DNA from: Candidatus Omnitrophota bacterium | GTDB taxonomy: Bacteria; Omnitrophota; Gorgyraeia; Zapsychrales; Zapsychraceae | DNA length: 64,000 nt | Reading direction: 5' to 3' | Assembly: GCA_020429915.1 (NCBI GenBank) | Contig: JAGQKV010000019.1 | Coordinates: forward strand, 85,727 to 149,726 | In this document: piece by piece, positions 29,158-38,875 of the stretch | Layout of the letters: every line of letters starts with the position of its first letter | Numbering within the stretch: position 1 is the first letter of the stretch | Program-made: the position numbers and the translations under genes | The notes under the pieces: generated by a model | What the model was told of the DNA's origin: nothing | Database searches by the model: none | The model's input: the letters and a program-made list of their open reading frames with translations, nothing else

Positions 29158-30050
29158 TGGAGAATAATTCAACTGAACCTCTGCAGCACATTCAAGGTAC
29201 CGTAGAAGCCCTTCTCTTTGTCAATGAAAGACCTATCACGCTGGAACAGATTAAACGCACCCTGGTGACGGTGTCGCCAACGGAAATCAAGGCGGCCATT
29301 GCCGCGCTGAACGACGGCTATCAGGCCCGGCACGCCGGGATAACTATCGAGGAGATCGCGGGCGGATACCAGATGCTGAGCAATCCCAGTTACGTGTCTT
29401 ATATCCGTAAGTTTTACAAGACCAAGCATAAGGAAAAGTTGTCCAAACCGGCGCTGGAAACGTTGGCCATTATCGCTTACAAGCAGCCGGTCACGCGGGC
29501 TGACGTTGAGCTGATCCGCGGCGTCAATTCCGACGGTATCGTCGCCAATCTGCTGGACAAGGAACTGATCAAACTCGCCGGACGCAAGGACGTGCCGGGG
29601 CGGCCTTTCCTTTACGCCACCACCAAGCAGTTTCTGGAATACTTCGGATTAAAATCTCTGGATAATCTGCCCAATCTGGCTGAACTGGAGGCGTTGCAGA
29701 AGAATCGGGACGATGATCTCGCGGATGCCCAATCCGTCGACGGAATCCCGCCGGAGGAATTGCCGCTGAATGATTTGGAACGGCAAAAACAGTCGGCCAT
29801 CGCCAAGGCCGAGGCTGCGGCGCCCGCATCGGTTCCGCATACAGCGACCGAACCGGGGGAGCCCATTCAGGAGCTGGAAGAACTGGATCACAGTGGGCCG
29901 GAAGAGGCGGAAGTCCCCCGGAACGAGTCCGGCGAAGATACGGTAGACTCAATTAATGAACCGGCCGAACAGGAGGCCGAACCGGTGGGGGCATCCACGG
30001 AACAGACGCCGTCCACGGAATACGAGAGTGATGAGCCTAGACAGTCTTAG
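29157..30050 (+). CDS. scpB: Segregation and condensation protein B, with an acidic C-terminal extension.
   Basis: EALLFVNERPITLEQI...GGYQMLSNPSY...LETLAIIAYKQPVTRADVELIRGV winged-helix ScpB domains. No scpA in the window. Confidence 0.85.
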   Translation: MENNSTEPLQHIQGTVEALLFVNERPITLEQIKRTLVTVSPTEIKAAIAALNDGYQARHAGITIEEIAGGYQMLSNPSYVSYIRKFYKTKHKEKLSKPALETLAIIAYKQPVTRADVELIRGVNSDGIVANLLDKELIKLAGRKDVPGRPFLYATTKQFLEYFGLKSLDNLPNLAELEALQKNRDDDLADAQSVDGIPPEELPLNDLERQKQSAIAKAEAAAPASVPHTATEPGEPIQELEELDHSGPEEAEVPRNESGEDTVDSINEPAEQEAEPVGASTEQTPSTEYESDEPRQS

Positions 30051-31092
30051 AAAGAAAATTGATAGCATCGATGCCCGCATGATAGATCTGCTGAATGAGC
30101 GGGCTGCGCTGTGCCAGGAGATCGGACAGCACAAATTGAAATCCCGCAAGGGAATTTATGCCCCGGCCCGCGAGAAGCAGGTCCTGGAAAACATCCGCAA
30201 GCTTAACAAGGGGCCGATGACCGCCGAGGCGTTTGAGGCGATCTACCGGGAAATCATGTCCAGTTCACTGGCCCTTGAGAAGCCGTTGCAAATTGCCTAT
30301 CTGGGCATCGACGGGTCATACACGCACCTGGCGGCCAACAAGAAATTCGGCTCGCAGGTCGACTACCTGCCCTGCGATACGGTCCTTGATGTCTTTCAAC
30401 AGGTGGAAAGCGATGCCTGCGACTACGGTGTGGTCCCGATCGAGAACTCCACCGAAGGCGTGGTCACCCATACCATCGATATGCTGGTCGATTCCGAGTT
30501 GAAGATTTGTGCTCAGATCTTGATGAAGATATCCCACAATCTCGTTTCAAAGGTCTCGCTCCGGCAGGTGAAGAAGATCTACTCCAATCCGCAGGTCTTC
30601 GGCCAGTGTCGGAACTGGCTGCACAAGAATATACCCGGCGCGGCGCTGGTGCCGTGTGAGTCCACCAGCAAAGCCGCGCAGAAGGCGGCCAAGGAAAAGC
30701 AGACCGGCGCGATTTGCTCCAGCCTGGCGGCCCAAATTTACGGATTAAAGGTGCTGAAGAGTAACATTCAGGATATCGCGCACAACAGCACCCGGTTTCT
30801 CGTCATCGCCAAACAGGACGTTCCCGCGACCGGTCGGGACCGGACCACGATCCTTTTTTCCATCAAGGACAAGGCCGGAGCCCTGCACGCGATGCTGACG
30901 CCGTTTCTTAAACACAAAATCAATTTGACGAAAATCGAGTCCCGACCATCGAAAAAGCGTGCGTGGGATTATTATTTCTTTGTCGACTTTGAAGGGCACC
31001 GCACCGACCGCAAGGTGAAGCTCGCCCTGAGTCAGCTGGAGAATATGTGCAAGTACCTGAAAGTTGTCGGCTCGTACCCCGTCGTGGACTGA
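30031..31092 (+). CDS. pheA: Bifunctional chorismate mutase / prephenate dehydratase.
   Basis: CM domain LDSLRKKIDSIDARMIDLLNERAALCQEIGQHK, PDT domain, C-terminal ACT (ESRPSKKRAWDYYFFVDFEGH). Start at the ATG at 30031 overlapping scpB; the Arg-rich track extension is rejected. Confidence 0.88.
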   Translation: MSLDSLRKKIDSIDARMIDLLNERAALCQEIGQHKLKSRKGIYAPAREKQVLENIRKLNKGPMTAEAFEAIYREIMSSSLALEKPLQIAYLGIDGSYTHLAANKKFGSQVDYLPCDTVLDVFQQVESDACDYGVVPIENSTEGVVTHTIDMLVDSELKICAQILMKISHNLVSKVSLRQVKKIYSNPQVFGQCRNWLHKNIPGAALVPCESTSKAAQKAAKEKQTGAICSSLAAQIYGLKVLKSNIQDIAHNSTRFLVIAKQDVPATGRDRTTILFSIKDKAGALHAMLTPFLKHKINLTKIESRPSKKRAWDYYFFVDFEGHRTDRKVKLALSQLENMCKYLKVVGSYPVVD

Positions 31093-31093
31093 C

Positions 31094-32188
31094 ATGTCTG
31101 ATCTGATCAGTAAGGCCAAGAGCACCGTATTGACCGTAAAACCTTATGTTCCGGGCAAACCGATTGATGAGGTGAAGCGCGAGCTCGGTTTGCAGAACGT
31201 GATCAAACTGGCCTCCAACGAAAATCCCTATCCGCCGTCGCCCAAGGTCCTGAAAGCCCTGCAAGAGGCCCTGCCATCGGTCAACCGCTATCCCAACGGC
31301 GACTGTCATACCCTGCGCGAGGAACTGAGCAAGTTTCTCAACGTGAAACCCGCGCAACTCATTTTCGGCAACGGCTCCGACGAGCTGATCGTGCTGGCGG
31401 TACGCTTGTTTGTACGCGAGGGCGACGAAGTCATCATCGCCCAGCCCTCATTTTTGGTCTACGACATAGCCTCCAAGATTGCCGGCGCCGATATCGTCAG
31501 TGTGCCGCTCAAAGATTTTCATTACGATCTGGACGCGATGCAAGAGGCCGTCACACCGCGGACGCGAATTATCTTTCTCGGCAATCCCGACAACCCGGCC
31601 GGAACTTATCTGACGCAGCGGGCAGTGGAAGAATTCCTGGCGGGAGTCCCCAGGGATGTGCTGGTCTTTATCGACGAAGCTTATTTTGAGTATGTCCAGG
31701 CGGAAGATTATGTGGACTCGCTGGGTTTGCTGGACCGCTATCCGAATCTGATTGTTTCCCGGACTTTCTCCAAGATGTACGGGCTGGCCGGACTGCGCGT
31801 CGGCTATGCGGTCGGCGGGGAAGAGCTGTGCGGTCTGTTTAACCGGATCCGCGAACCGTTCAATGTGAATTCCATGGCCCAGGCCGCGGCCGTTGCCTGT
31901 CTGCAGGACCAAGCCTACTACCGGGATATCGCCCGGCAGGTCGAAGAGCAGCGCCGGTATCTTTATATTGAACTCACCCGGCTGAACCTGGAATACCGAG
32001 AAACCTACACCAATTTTATTATGGTGAAGGTTTCCCGGGACGCCAAAGAGATGACCGGTCACTTGATGCGCCTCGGCGTCATCGTGCGCGACATGAGCTT
32101 CTGGGGAATGAACAATTATATCCGCGTTTCCATCGGAACGGCGGAAGAAAACCGGACGTTTGTCGCAGCCCTGGAGAAAATCATATGA
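31094..32188 (+). CDS. hisC: Histidinol-phosphate / aromatic aminotransferase.
   Basis: LASNENPYPPSP, PLP-lysine region FSKMYGLAGLRVGY. 364 aa from the ATG 2 nt after the pheA stop. Confidence 0.85.
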   Translation: MSDLISKAKSTVLTVKPYVPGKPIDEVKRELGLQNVIKLASNENPYPPSPKVLKALQEALPSVNRYPNGDCHTLREELSKFLNVKPAQLIFGNGSDELIVLAVRLFVREGDEVIIAQPSFLVYDIASKIAGADIVSVPLKDFHYDLDAMQEAVTPRTRIIFLGNPDNPAGTYLTQRAVEEFLAGVPRDVLVFIDEAYFEYVQAEDYVDSLGLLDRYPNLIVSRTFSKMYGLAGLRVGYAVGGEELCGLFNRIREPFNVNSMAQAAAVACLQDQAYYRDIARQVEEQRRYLYIELTRLNLEYRETYTNFIMVKVSRDAKEMTGHLMRLGVIVRDMSFWGMNNYIRVSIGTAEENRTFVAALEKII

Positions 32189-33201
32189 TCGTCGTTTTTA
32201 AACCCGACGCGACTCCCGAGCAAGTGGAACAGATCCTGACCAAGGCGGCCGAGCTCGGACTCAAGACCAATGTTTCCGAAGGGGTGGAACGGACCATCGT
32301 CGGTCTGATCGGTCCGGAAGACGTACTGCAGGTCACGCCGCTGGCTGCCTTTGAGGGCGTCGAGAAAGTCATTCCGGTGCTGGCCCCGTACCGTTTGGTA
32401 TCCCGGGAGTACCAGCCCGAGGATTCGGTCGTTGATATCAACGACCACATCCGCATCGGCGGATCGCGCCTGCATGTCATCGCCGGGCCGTGCTCGGTAG
32501 AAGGGGAGGAACGGCTGCTGGAAGTCGCGGCGAAAGTCAAGGCGGCCGGAGCGACGCTCTTGCGGGGCGGGGCGTTCAAGCCGCGCACGTCCCCCTATGA
32601 TTTTCAGGGGCTGGGCGAGGAAGGGCTAAAGATTTTGCAGAAGGCCGGCAAGGAGTATCAGTTAGCCACGGTTTCCGAGGTCATGGACCCTCGGGACGTC
32701 GAGTTGATGTGCGGATATGTGGACGTGTTGCAGGTCGGCGCACGCAATATGCAGAACTTTTCGTTGCTCAAAGAGTTGGGCAAGGTGGACAAGCCGGTCC
32801 TGCTCAAACGCGGGATCAGCGCCACCATCAAGGAATGGCTGATGTCGGCGGAGTATATCCTGGCCAACGGGAACTTCAGGGTTATCTTTTGCGAACGCGG
32901 GATCCGCACCTTCGAAACGGCTACCCGCAACACACTGGATATCAACGCGGTGAGCGTGGTTAAGCAATTGTCTCATCTGCCGGTCCTTGTCGATCCCAGT
33001 CATGCCACCGGGCGCTGGGGACTCGTCGCGCCGGCGGCCCGGGCTTCGATCGCCGCAGGTTGCGACGGTCTGATGATCGAAGTGCATCAAAATCCCAAGG
33101 CGGCTCTCTCCGATGGTGTTCAGTCCCTGGTCCCGGAAAACTTTGAAACCTTAATGCGTGAGCTTCAGCCTTTGGCCCACGCCGTACAACGAGAACTTTA
33201 A
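32185..33201 (+). CDS. 3-deoxy-7-phosphoheptulonate (DAHP) synthase, class I-beta, with an N-terminal regulatory domain.
   Basis: 338 aa. AGPCSVE...KPRTSPY...GARNMQN...LKRG...DPSHATG motifs of AroA(G)/KDOPS-type DAHP synthase. Confidence 0.88.
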   Translation: MIVVFKPDATPEQVEQILTKAAELGLKTNVSEGVERTIVGLIGPEDVLQVTPLAAFEGVEKVIPVLAPYRLVSREYQPEDSVVDINDHIRIGGSRLHVIAGPCSVEGEERLLEVAAKVKAAGATLLRGGAFKPRTSPYDFQGLGEEGLKILQKAGKEYQLATVSEVMDPRDVELMCGYVDVLQVGARNMQNFSLLKELGKVDKPVLLKRGISATIKEWLMSAEYILANGNFRVIFCERGIRTFETATRNTLDINAVSVVKQLSHLPVLVDPSHATGRWGLVAPAARASIAAGCDGLMIEVHQNPKAALSDGVQSLVPENFETLMRELQPLAHAVQREL

Positions 33202-33213
33202 CAAAGCGAGCGA

Positions 33214-34080
33214 ATGATGATTGGAAGAACAAATTGTACGTTTAAACGCGTCACGATTGTGGGTGTCGGATTAATGGGCGGATCGCTGGCCATGGCTCTC
33301 AAGAAATACGAAGTGGCCAAGGAGATCACCGGTCTGTCCCACCGGCAGACTTCGTTGCAAACGGCACTGGAAATGAAAGCCATCGATCTGGGTGTCTCCG
33401 ATGTCCGCAAGGGAGTTCAAAACGCCGATTTGGTCGTTCTGGCCACTCCGGTGGACGACATTATCAAACTGATGAAGACCATCAAACCGTACCTGAAACG
33501 GGGGACGGTGGTAACGGATGTCGGCAGTACGAAGCTGGAGATCGTCGAGGCCGCCGAGGAAATCCTGCCGTATCCGGGGATGTTTGTCGGCAGCCACCCC
33601 TTGGTTGGTTCGGAGAAGAAAGGCGTTCAGCACGCCAGCGGTGAACTGTTCGACGGGTCGATTTGCGTGATGACGCCTACGAAGAAGACCAGTCAGGTCG
33701 CCAAGGCACGCGTCAAACAGATGTGGTCGCGCGTCGGGGCCGACGTCAAATACCTGAATCCCCCCGATCACGACGACAGTTTGGCGTATATCAGTCATCT
33801 GCCGCATCTGGTGGCATTCGGCCTGATGGAAATGCTCCCCGACCAGTACCTCGATCTGGCCACCAAGGGGTTGCGCGACACGACCCGCATTGCCGCGTCG
33901 TCGCCGAAGATGTGGAACGATATTTGCGTGTCGAATGTCAAAAATGTTGTGAAGGCCCTCGACGAATATATTGCGGACCTGTCCCAGCTGCGGATCGCCA
34001 TGATCAATCGCGACGAAAAGGCCCTGATCAAACATTTCACCACCGCCAAGGAAAAGCGCGAAAAGATCGCCGAACAATGA
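33214..34080 (+). CDS. tyrA: Prephenate dehydrogenase.
   Basis: Rossmann VTIVGVGLMGGSLA, catalytic GSHPLVG. 288 aa. Confidence 0.85.
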   Translation: MMIGRTNCTFKRVTIVGVGLMGGSLAMALKKYEVAKEITGLSHRQTSLQTALEMKAIDLGVSDVRKGVQNADLVVLATPVDDIIKLMKTIKPYLKRGTVVTDVGSTKLEIVEAAEEILPYPGMFVGSHPLVGSEKKGVQHASGELFDGSICVMTPTKKTSQVAKARVKQMWSRVGADVKYLNPPDHDDSLAYISHLPHLVAFGLMEMLPDQYLDLATKGLRDTTRIAASSPKMWNDICVSNVKNVVKALDEYIADLSQLRIAMINRDEKALIKHFTTAKEKREKIAEQ

Positions 34081-34739
34081 TCATTACCATCGACGGTCCG
34101 GCCGGGGCGGGTAAAAGTACGATTGCCAAGCGTCTGGCCAAGGAGCTCAAGATCACATATCTGGATACCGGCGCCATGTACCGGGCCGTGACCCTAAAGG
34201 CGCTTCAGCAGGGGGTCGACACCCTGGATGAGGACGCGCTGGCCGAGCTGGCGGCCGTCACACGGGTACAGGTCTTGCCGGCGGAGGACGGCGTCCGGGT
34301 GTTGCTCGATGACGTCGATGTCACTGCGGCCATCCGCACCGAGGAGGTGACCCGGCACAGCAGTATCGTGGCCGGCAAACCCAAGGTTCGCGCCACGATC
34401 GTGGATTGGCAGCGCAGGATCGGCCGTGAGCAAAGTATTGTCATTGAAGGCCGCGATATCGGGACGGTCGTCTTTCCCGACGCGGAGGTGAAGTTTTTTA
34501 TGGACGCGGAACTTGAAGAACGCGTCCGGCGCCGAGCCCGGGAACTGGAAGAGGCCGGACATCCCGTGGACCGTGAGGCGCTGACCGCGGACCTGCGTGA
34601 ACGCGACCGCCGTGACCAGGAACGCTCGGTCGGACCCTTGGTCAAGGCCGAAGACGCGGTGGCGATCAATACCACCGCCTATACCATCGACGAGGTGGTC
34701 GCCAAGATGCTCGAGGAGATCCGCCGGCATAACCAATAA
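34077..34739 (+). CDS. cmk: Cytidylate kinase.
   Basis: MIITIDGPAGAGKSTIAKRLAKEL...LDTGAMYRA. Start at the ATG overlapping the tyrA stop; the long track extension (33663-) is rejected. Confidence 0.9.
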   Translation: MIITIDGPAGAGKSTIAKRLAKELKITYLDTGAMYRAVTLKALQQGVDTLDEDALAELAAVTRVQVLPAEDGVRVLLDDVDVTAAIRTEEVTRHSSIVAGKPKVRATIVDWQRRIGREQSIVIEGRDIGTVVFPDAEVKFFMDAELEERVRRRARELEEAGHPVDREALTADLRERDRRDQERSVGPLVKAEDAVAINTTAYTIDEVVAKMLEEIRRHNQ

Positions 34740-34767
34740 ACCGAATGACCATCGTCACAGTAACCCT

Positions 34768-36558
34768 ATGGACAAATCCCGCATACGAAATTTCTCCATC
34801 ATCGCCCATATCGATCACGGCAAATCCACACTGGCCGATCGCCTGCTGTTGACCACCGGCGCCATCGACGAGCGGAAGTTCAAGAATCAACTGCTCGATG
34901 ACATGGATCTCGAACGCGAACGCGGCATCACCATCAAGGCGTCGGCAGTTCGTCTGCAGTACAAGGCCAAGGACGGTCATGCGTATGTGTTTAATCTGAT
35001 CGACACTCCGGGCCACGTGGATTTTGCCTACGAAGTCGAGAAGTCGTTGCGCGCCTGCGAGGGGGCGTTGCTGGTGAGCGACGCGTCGCAGGGCGTGGAA
35101 TCGCAAACGGTGGCCAACTATTACCTGGCCATCGATAACAATCTCGAAATCCTTCCCGTTATTAACAAGATCGACATCGCCAATATAGATTTGGACTATG
35201 CCAAACTGCAGATGATGGAAGTCTTCAACTTTGATGAGGAAGATATGGTGTGCGTCTCCGCCAAGGAGGGGATCAACATCATCGACTTGTTTGAAAAGAT
35301 TATCGAGGTGATCCCGGCTCCGGAAGGCAGTAATGACGCTCCGCTGGAGGCGCTGATCTTCGATATGAAATACGACATTTACAAAGGGATCATCATCTAC
35401 GTGCGGGTGTATAACGGACAGCTGAAACCCGGGATGAAAATCCGGATGATGAATATGGACAAAACCCTGAATGTCGAAGAAAGCGGCGTTTTTGTCCCGG
35501 AAATCACCAAGAACAAGGGGCTCAGTGCCGGTGAAGTCGGTTATATCACCTGCAACATTCACGAGCCTAGCGAGGTGCGGGTCGGAGACACCATCACGGA
35601 TCCGGCCAACCCGGTCAGCCAACCGCTCGAAGGATATCGCCAGCTGAATCCGTTAGTCTTCTGCGGGGTGTATCCGGTGAATTCCAAGGACTTTATGCCG
35701 CTGCGTGAGGCTATCAGCAAGCTGCGCCTGAATGATCCCAGTTTCGTCAATGAGCCCGAGACGTCCCAATCGTTCGGTCACGGATTCCGCTGCGGTTTTC
35801 TCGGACTGTTACACATGGAGATCGTGCAGGAACGTCTGGAGCGGGAGTACAACCTGAATCTGATCCTGACCACACCGAACGTGAAGTACCAGGTGGTCCA
35901 CAAGGACGGTAAAACCGATTTTATCGAAAGCCCGAATGAACTGCCGGAGGCGGGTGCCTACGACCGCATTGAGGAACCGATCCTGACGGTCACCATCCTT
36001 TCTCCGGTCAGCCACATGGACGGCGTGATGGAGCTGGCCAAGCGCAAACGCGGAACGTTTGTCAGCAGCGAATATGTCTCGGACCGGATGAAGATCCTTT
36101 TTGATATCCCGCTGTCCGAGGTAATCGTCGATTTCAACGATATGATCAAATCCATCACCCGGGGCTACGGATCGATTGATTATAAATTTAAGGGATATTT
36201 GCCGACAAAAGTGTCAAAACTTGATATATTAATCAACGATAAAATTTGCGATGCTTTTTCCTTTTTGGTACACAAGGACCGGGCCTATGAAAAGGGGCTG
36301 GCCTTGGTGACCAAACTCAAAGAGCTGATCCCGCAGCAGCTGTTCGAGGTGAGGGTGCAGGCCAGTTGTGACGGCCGCATCATCTCCAGCGCGCGGATCA
36401 AATCGATGGGTAAGAACGTCACCGCGAAGTGTTACGGTGGGGATATCACCCGCAAACGCAAATTGTGGGAGAAACAAAAGGAAGGCAAGAAGAAGCTCAA
36501 ACAAATCGGCAATGTCGAATTGCCGCAGGAAGCCTTCACCGCGGCGCTGAAATTATGA
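34768..36558 (+). CDS. lepA: Elongation factor 4.
   Basis: IRNFSIIAHIDHGKSTLADRLL G-domain, LIDTPGHVDF, and the characteristic LepA C-terminal domain. 596 aa. Confidence 0.95.
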   Translation: MDKSRIRNFSIIAHIDHGKSTLADRLLLTTGAIDERKFKNQLLDDMDLERERGITIKASAVRLQYKAKDGHAYVFNLIDTPGHVDFAYEVEKSLRACEGALLVSDASQGVESQTVANYYLAIDNNLEILPVINKIDIANIDLDYAKLQMMEVFNFDEEDMVCVSAKEGINIIDLFEKIIEVIPAPEGSNDAPLEALIFDMKYDIYKGIIIYVRVYNGQLKPGMKIRMMNMDKTLNVEESGVFVPEITKNKGLSAGEVGYITCNIHEPSEVRVGDTITDPANPVSQPLEGYRQLNPLVFCGVYPVNSKDFMPLREAISKLRLNDPSFVNEPETSQSFGHGFRCGFLGLLHMEIVQERLEREYNLNLILTTPNVKYQVVHKDGKTDFIESPNELPEAGAYDRIEEPILTVTILSPVSHMDGVMELAKRKRGTFVSSEYVSDRMKILFDIPLSEVIVDFNDMIKSITRGYGSIDYKFKGYLPTKVSKLDILINDKICDAFSFLVHKDRAYEKGLALVTKLKELIPQQLFEVRVQASCDGRIISSARIKSMGKNVTAKCYGGDITRKRKLWEKQKEGKKKLKQIGNVELPQEAFTAALKL

Positions 36559-37157
36559 AAGAGATCGATACCAAAAAACGAGGTTTGTGGGACAAGAATT
36601 CGCCCTTCCGCGAATGGACCGAGTCGATTGTCATCGCCTTTATCCTCGCGATGCTGATCCGGACATTCTTTCTGCAGGCCTTTAAGATCCCCAGCGGCTC
36701 GATGCGGGACACACTCATCGAAGGCGACCGTTTGATGGTCAATAAATTGCGTTACGGTGCCAAAGTTCCGTTCAGCGACAAACGATTGCCCGGTTTCAAT
36801 CAGCCGCAGCGCGGCGACATCATCGTGTTTAAGTATCCCAAGAACCCCAAGCGCGACTTTATCAAGAGGCTGATCGGCTTCGGCGGCGAGACGGTGGAAA
36901 TTATCGAGGGTGATATCTACATCAACGGAAATCTGATCATGGATCCGCGCATCAAAAACATATTTTATTATAACGACACCCCGTACGGCGAAGAGGGGGA
37001 ACCGACGGTCATCCCCGAGGGCTTCGTTTTTGTCTTGGGTGACAATTCCGGTTCCAGTCACGACAGCCGCAAATGGGGCTTTGTGCCGGAGGAAAACATT
37101 ATCGGCCGGGCCGAGCTGATCTATTGGCCGTTTAGCCGGATCCGGATTTTGGAGTAG
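36555..37157 (+). CDS. lepB: Signal peptidase I.
   Basis: IPSGSMRDTL (catalytic Ser box), RGDIIVFKYP, GDNSGSSHDSR boxes. ATGA overlap with lepA. Confidence 0.9.
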   Translation: MKEIDTKKRGLWDKNSPFREWTESIVIAFILAMLIRTFFLQAFKIPSGSMRDTLIEGDRLMVNKLRYGAKVPFSDKRLPGFNQPQRGDIIVFKYPKNPKRDFIKRLIGFGGETVEIIEGDIYINGNLIMDPRIKNIFYYNDTPYGEEGEPTVIPEGFVFVLGDNSGSSHDSRKWGFVPEENIIGRAELIYWPFSRIRILE

Positions 37158-37161
37158 CGCC

Positions 37162-37506
37162 ATGCGCCGTCTGCTGATCGCCTTGGGATGCGCCTTGCTG
37201 CTGACCGGTTGCGAAACGGTCAAGAACGTGGAAAGGCAGCGGGAATATCTCGAGGAGACCGAAGTGGCGGTCGGCGTGATTGCCGAGGCGGTCACCGGTC
37301 AGGCGCTCAGTGAGGAAGAAAAGAAAGAGCTGCAAGAGCAAATCAGAAATGATCCGGAAGCCCAATCGGCCGTGCAGGCGATTGCCGACTCCCACACCAA
37401 ACCGATGCGCATGAAGTATTCCCCGGCAACCGGTAAACGCTACGCCGGTCACCTCGAAGTGGATCCCGAGACCGGCGTCAAGCTGCTCTGGCTTGACGAG
37501 GAGTAG
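37162..37506 (+). CDS. Hypothetical lipoprotein.
   Basis: 114 aa. Lipobox LLLTGC after a signal peptide. No recognisable domain. Confidence 0.5.
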   Translation: MRRLLIALGCALLLTGCETVKNVERQREYLEETEVAVGVIAEAVTGQALSEEEKKELQEQIRNDPEAQSAVQAIADSHTKPMRMKYSPATGKRYAGHLEVDPETGVKLLWLDEE

Positions 37507-37517
37507 ACCCACGTCCC

Positions 37518-38159
37518 ATGATAATCCTGCTGATCGGAATTGTCGTTAGCTACATTGTCGGATCGATTCCCACCGCCTATATCTTCGGAAAACTACTCAA
37601 AGGTATCGATATCCGCGAGCACGGATCCGGTAATGTCGGGGCCACAAACGTATTTCGCGTCCTCGGCAAATGGCCCGGGATCGTGGTGCTGCTGCTGGAC
37701 ATCTATAAAGGTTTCTGGGCGGTCGGCATTGTCTCGGAGATTCTGGGCATGACGTCGGTCTGGCAGCGCGTGTTGATGAGCGTGGCCGTGGTCGCCGGGC
37801 ACAACTACACCGTGTTTCTGGATTTCAAGGGCGGCAAGGGGGTAGCCACCAGCCTCGGGGCCCTGCTCGGTCTGGCCCTGCGCATACCCTCCATCGGCCC
37901 GGTTTTACTGATCACGCTGGGCGTTTTTCTGCTGATCTTTCTGTCCTCACGGATCGTTTCCCTGTCGTCCATTTGCGCCGCCGCAGCGCTGCCCCTGATG
38001 ACCTTTATCCTGCCCCAACCTGTCGAAATCCGGGCCTTGGGCCTGCTGATTGGAGGGTTTGTAATCTTCCGCCACCGTCCCAATATCCAGCGTCTGCTGA
38101 CCGGTTCCGAGCCCCGGGTTCCGCTATTCGGAGCTTCCCGTAAAAACCCCAAAAAATAA
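37518..38159 (+). CDS. plsY: Glycerol-3-phosphate acyltransferase PlsY.
   Basis: GSIPTAYIFGK...GSGNVGATN...AGHNYTVFLDFKGGKGVAT PlsY motifs. 213 aa. Confidence 0.9.
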   Translation: MIILLIGIVVSYIVGSIPTAYIFGKLLKGIDIREHGSGNVGATNVFRVLGKWPGIVVLLLDIYKGFWAVGIVSEILGMTSVWQRVLMSVAVVAGHNYTVFLDFKGGKGVATSLGALLGLALRIPSIGPVLLITLGVFLLIFLSSRIVSLSSICAAAALPLMTFILPQPVEIRALGLLIGGFVIFRHRPNIQRLLTGSEPRVPLFGASRKNPKK

Positions 38160-38361
38160 TCCCCTTCAGACACCCTGTCCCGGACGGTATCCCTAACCGA
38201 TTGCGGGCGTGGGCCCCCCGGAACTGCCTTTTCGGCCATGTCCATGTCATTTGAGGAAAGCGGTTTCTTACCGACGGGCCTGTCGTCTTGTGACGGGTAC
38301 GCCGGGTGTTATACTTGGAATGTTCGCGACAAATGAATGCCGGACAAACGTCAGGATATGA

Positions 38362-38715
38362 ATGAAAACTATCAATTTCAAGAGACACAAGGACGTCAAA
38401 CGCGGCACAAAATATCTGCACATCAGTTCTCGGACCGAGAGCAAGGAGTGCATTACCTTAGTGCGTAAGGGATTCCTGTACAAGGCACAAATTTCTCAGG
38501 AAACGGAGCCGGAACAAAGCTCCCCTGAAATCTTCATCCGCAAGGCGATCGATACCGAAAAGAACATCGAAAAGTTCAGTTTTCATGTAAAGGGTACGTT
38601 TTACATGTCCCATGCCAGAAAGTCGATTCGCGTCGATTTTCATCATTCACTGAACATCAAGATCGTCTGGAAGAAGAAGGTTTTCTCCCCCGAAAAGTCA
38701 GAGGTTCTGACTTAA
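38362..38715 (+). CDS. Orphan hypothetical protein in a low-GC islet.
   Basis: 117 aa ORF with AT-rich codon usage, atypical for the window. Followed by a strong intrinsic terminator. No domain recognised. Confidence 0.35.
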   Translation: MKTINFKRHKDVKRGTKYLHISSRTESKECITLVRKGFLYKAQISQETEPEQSSPEIFIRKAIDTEKNIEKFSFHVKGTFYMSHARKSIRVDFHHSLNIKIVWKKKVFSPEKSEVLT

Positions 38716-38737
38716 AACGAGCCTGTACCACCCAAGA

Positions 38738-38772
38738 ACAGCGGAAGGGACTATCTCTTCCGCTGTTTTTTT
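38738..38772 (+). terminator. Rho-independent terminator.
   Basis: 10-bp stem ACAGCGGAAG/CTTCCGCTGT, 9-nt loop, then a T7 run. Confidence 0.75.
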
Positions 38773-38875
38773 ATTATTTGAATATTTAACCTCTCAGAAT
38801 GTTCTTGATCCCGAGGGGTTTTTTTTGGTAATATATTGGCTCGGTTAAACTTTACATCCATGTGCTAAATGTATT

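Noticed and set aside
29956-30030. Arg/Pro-rich N-terminal extension of pheA (MNRPNRRPNRWGHPRNRRRPRNTRV).
   Set aside because: It overlaps the scpB acidic tail in another frame. The chorismate mutase domain starts at the ATG at 30031.
33663-34076. Long N-terminal extension of the cmk frame (track ORF 33663-34739, 358 aa).
   Set aside because: This region is the tyrA coding sequence in another frame. The extension is Arg-rich low-complexity. Cmk begins at the ATG overlapping the tyrA stop (MIITIDGPAGAGKST).
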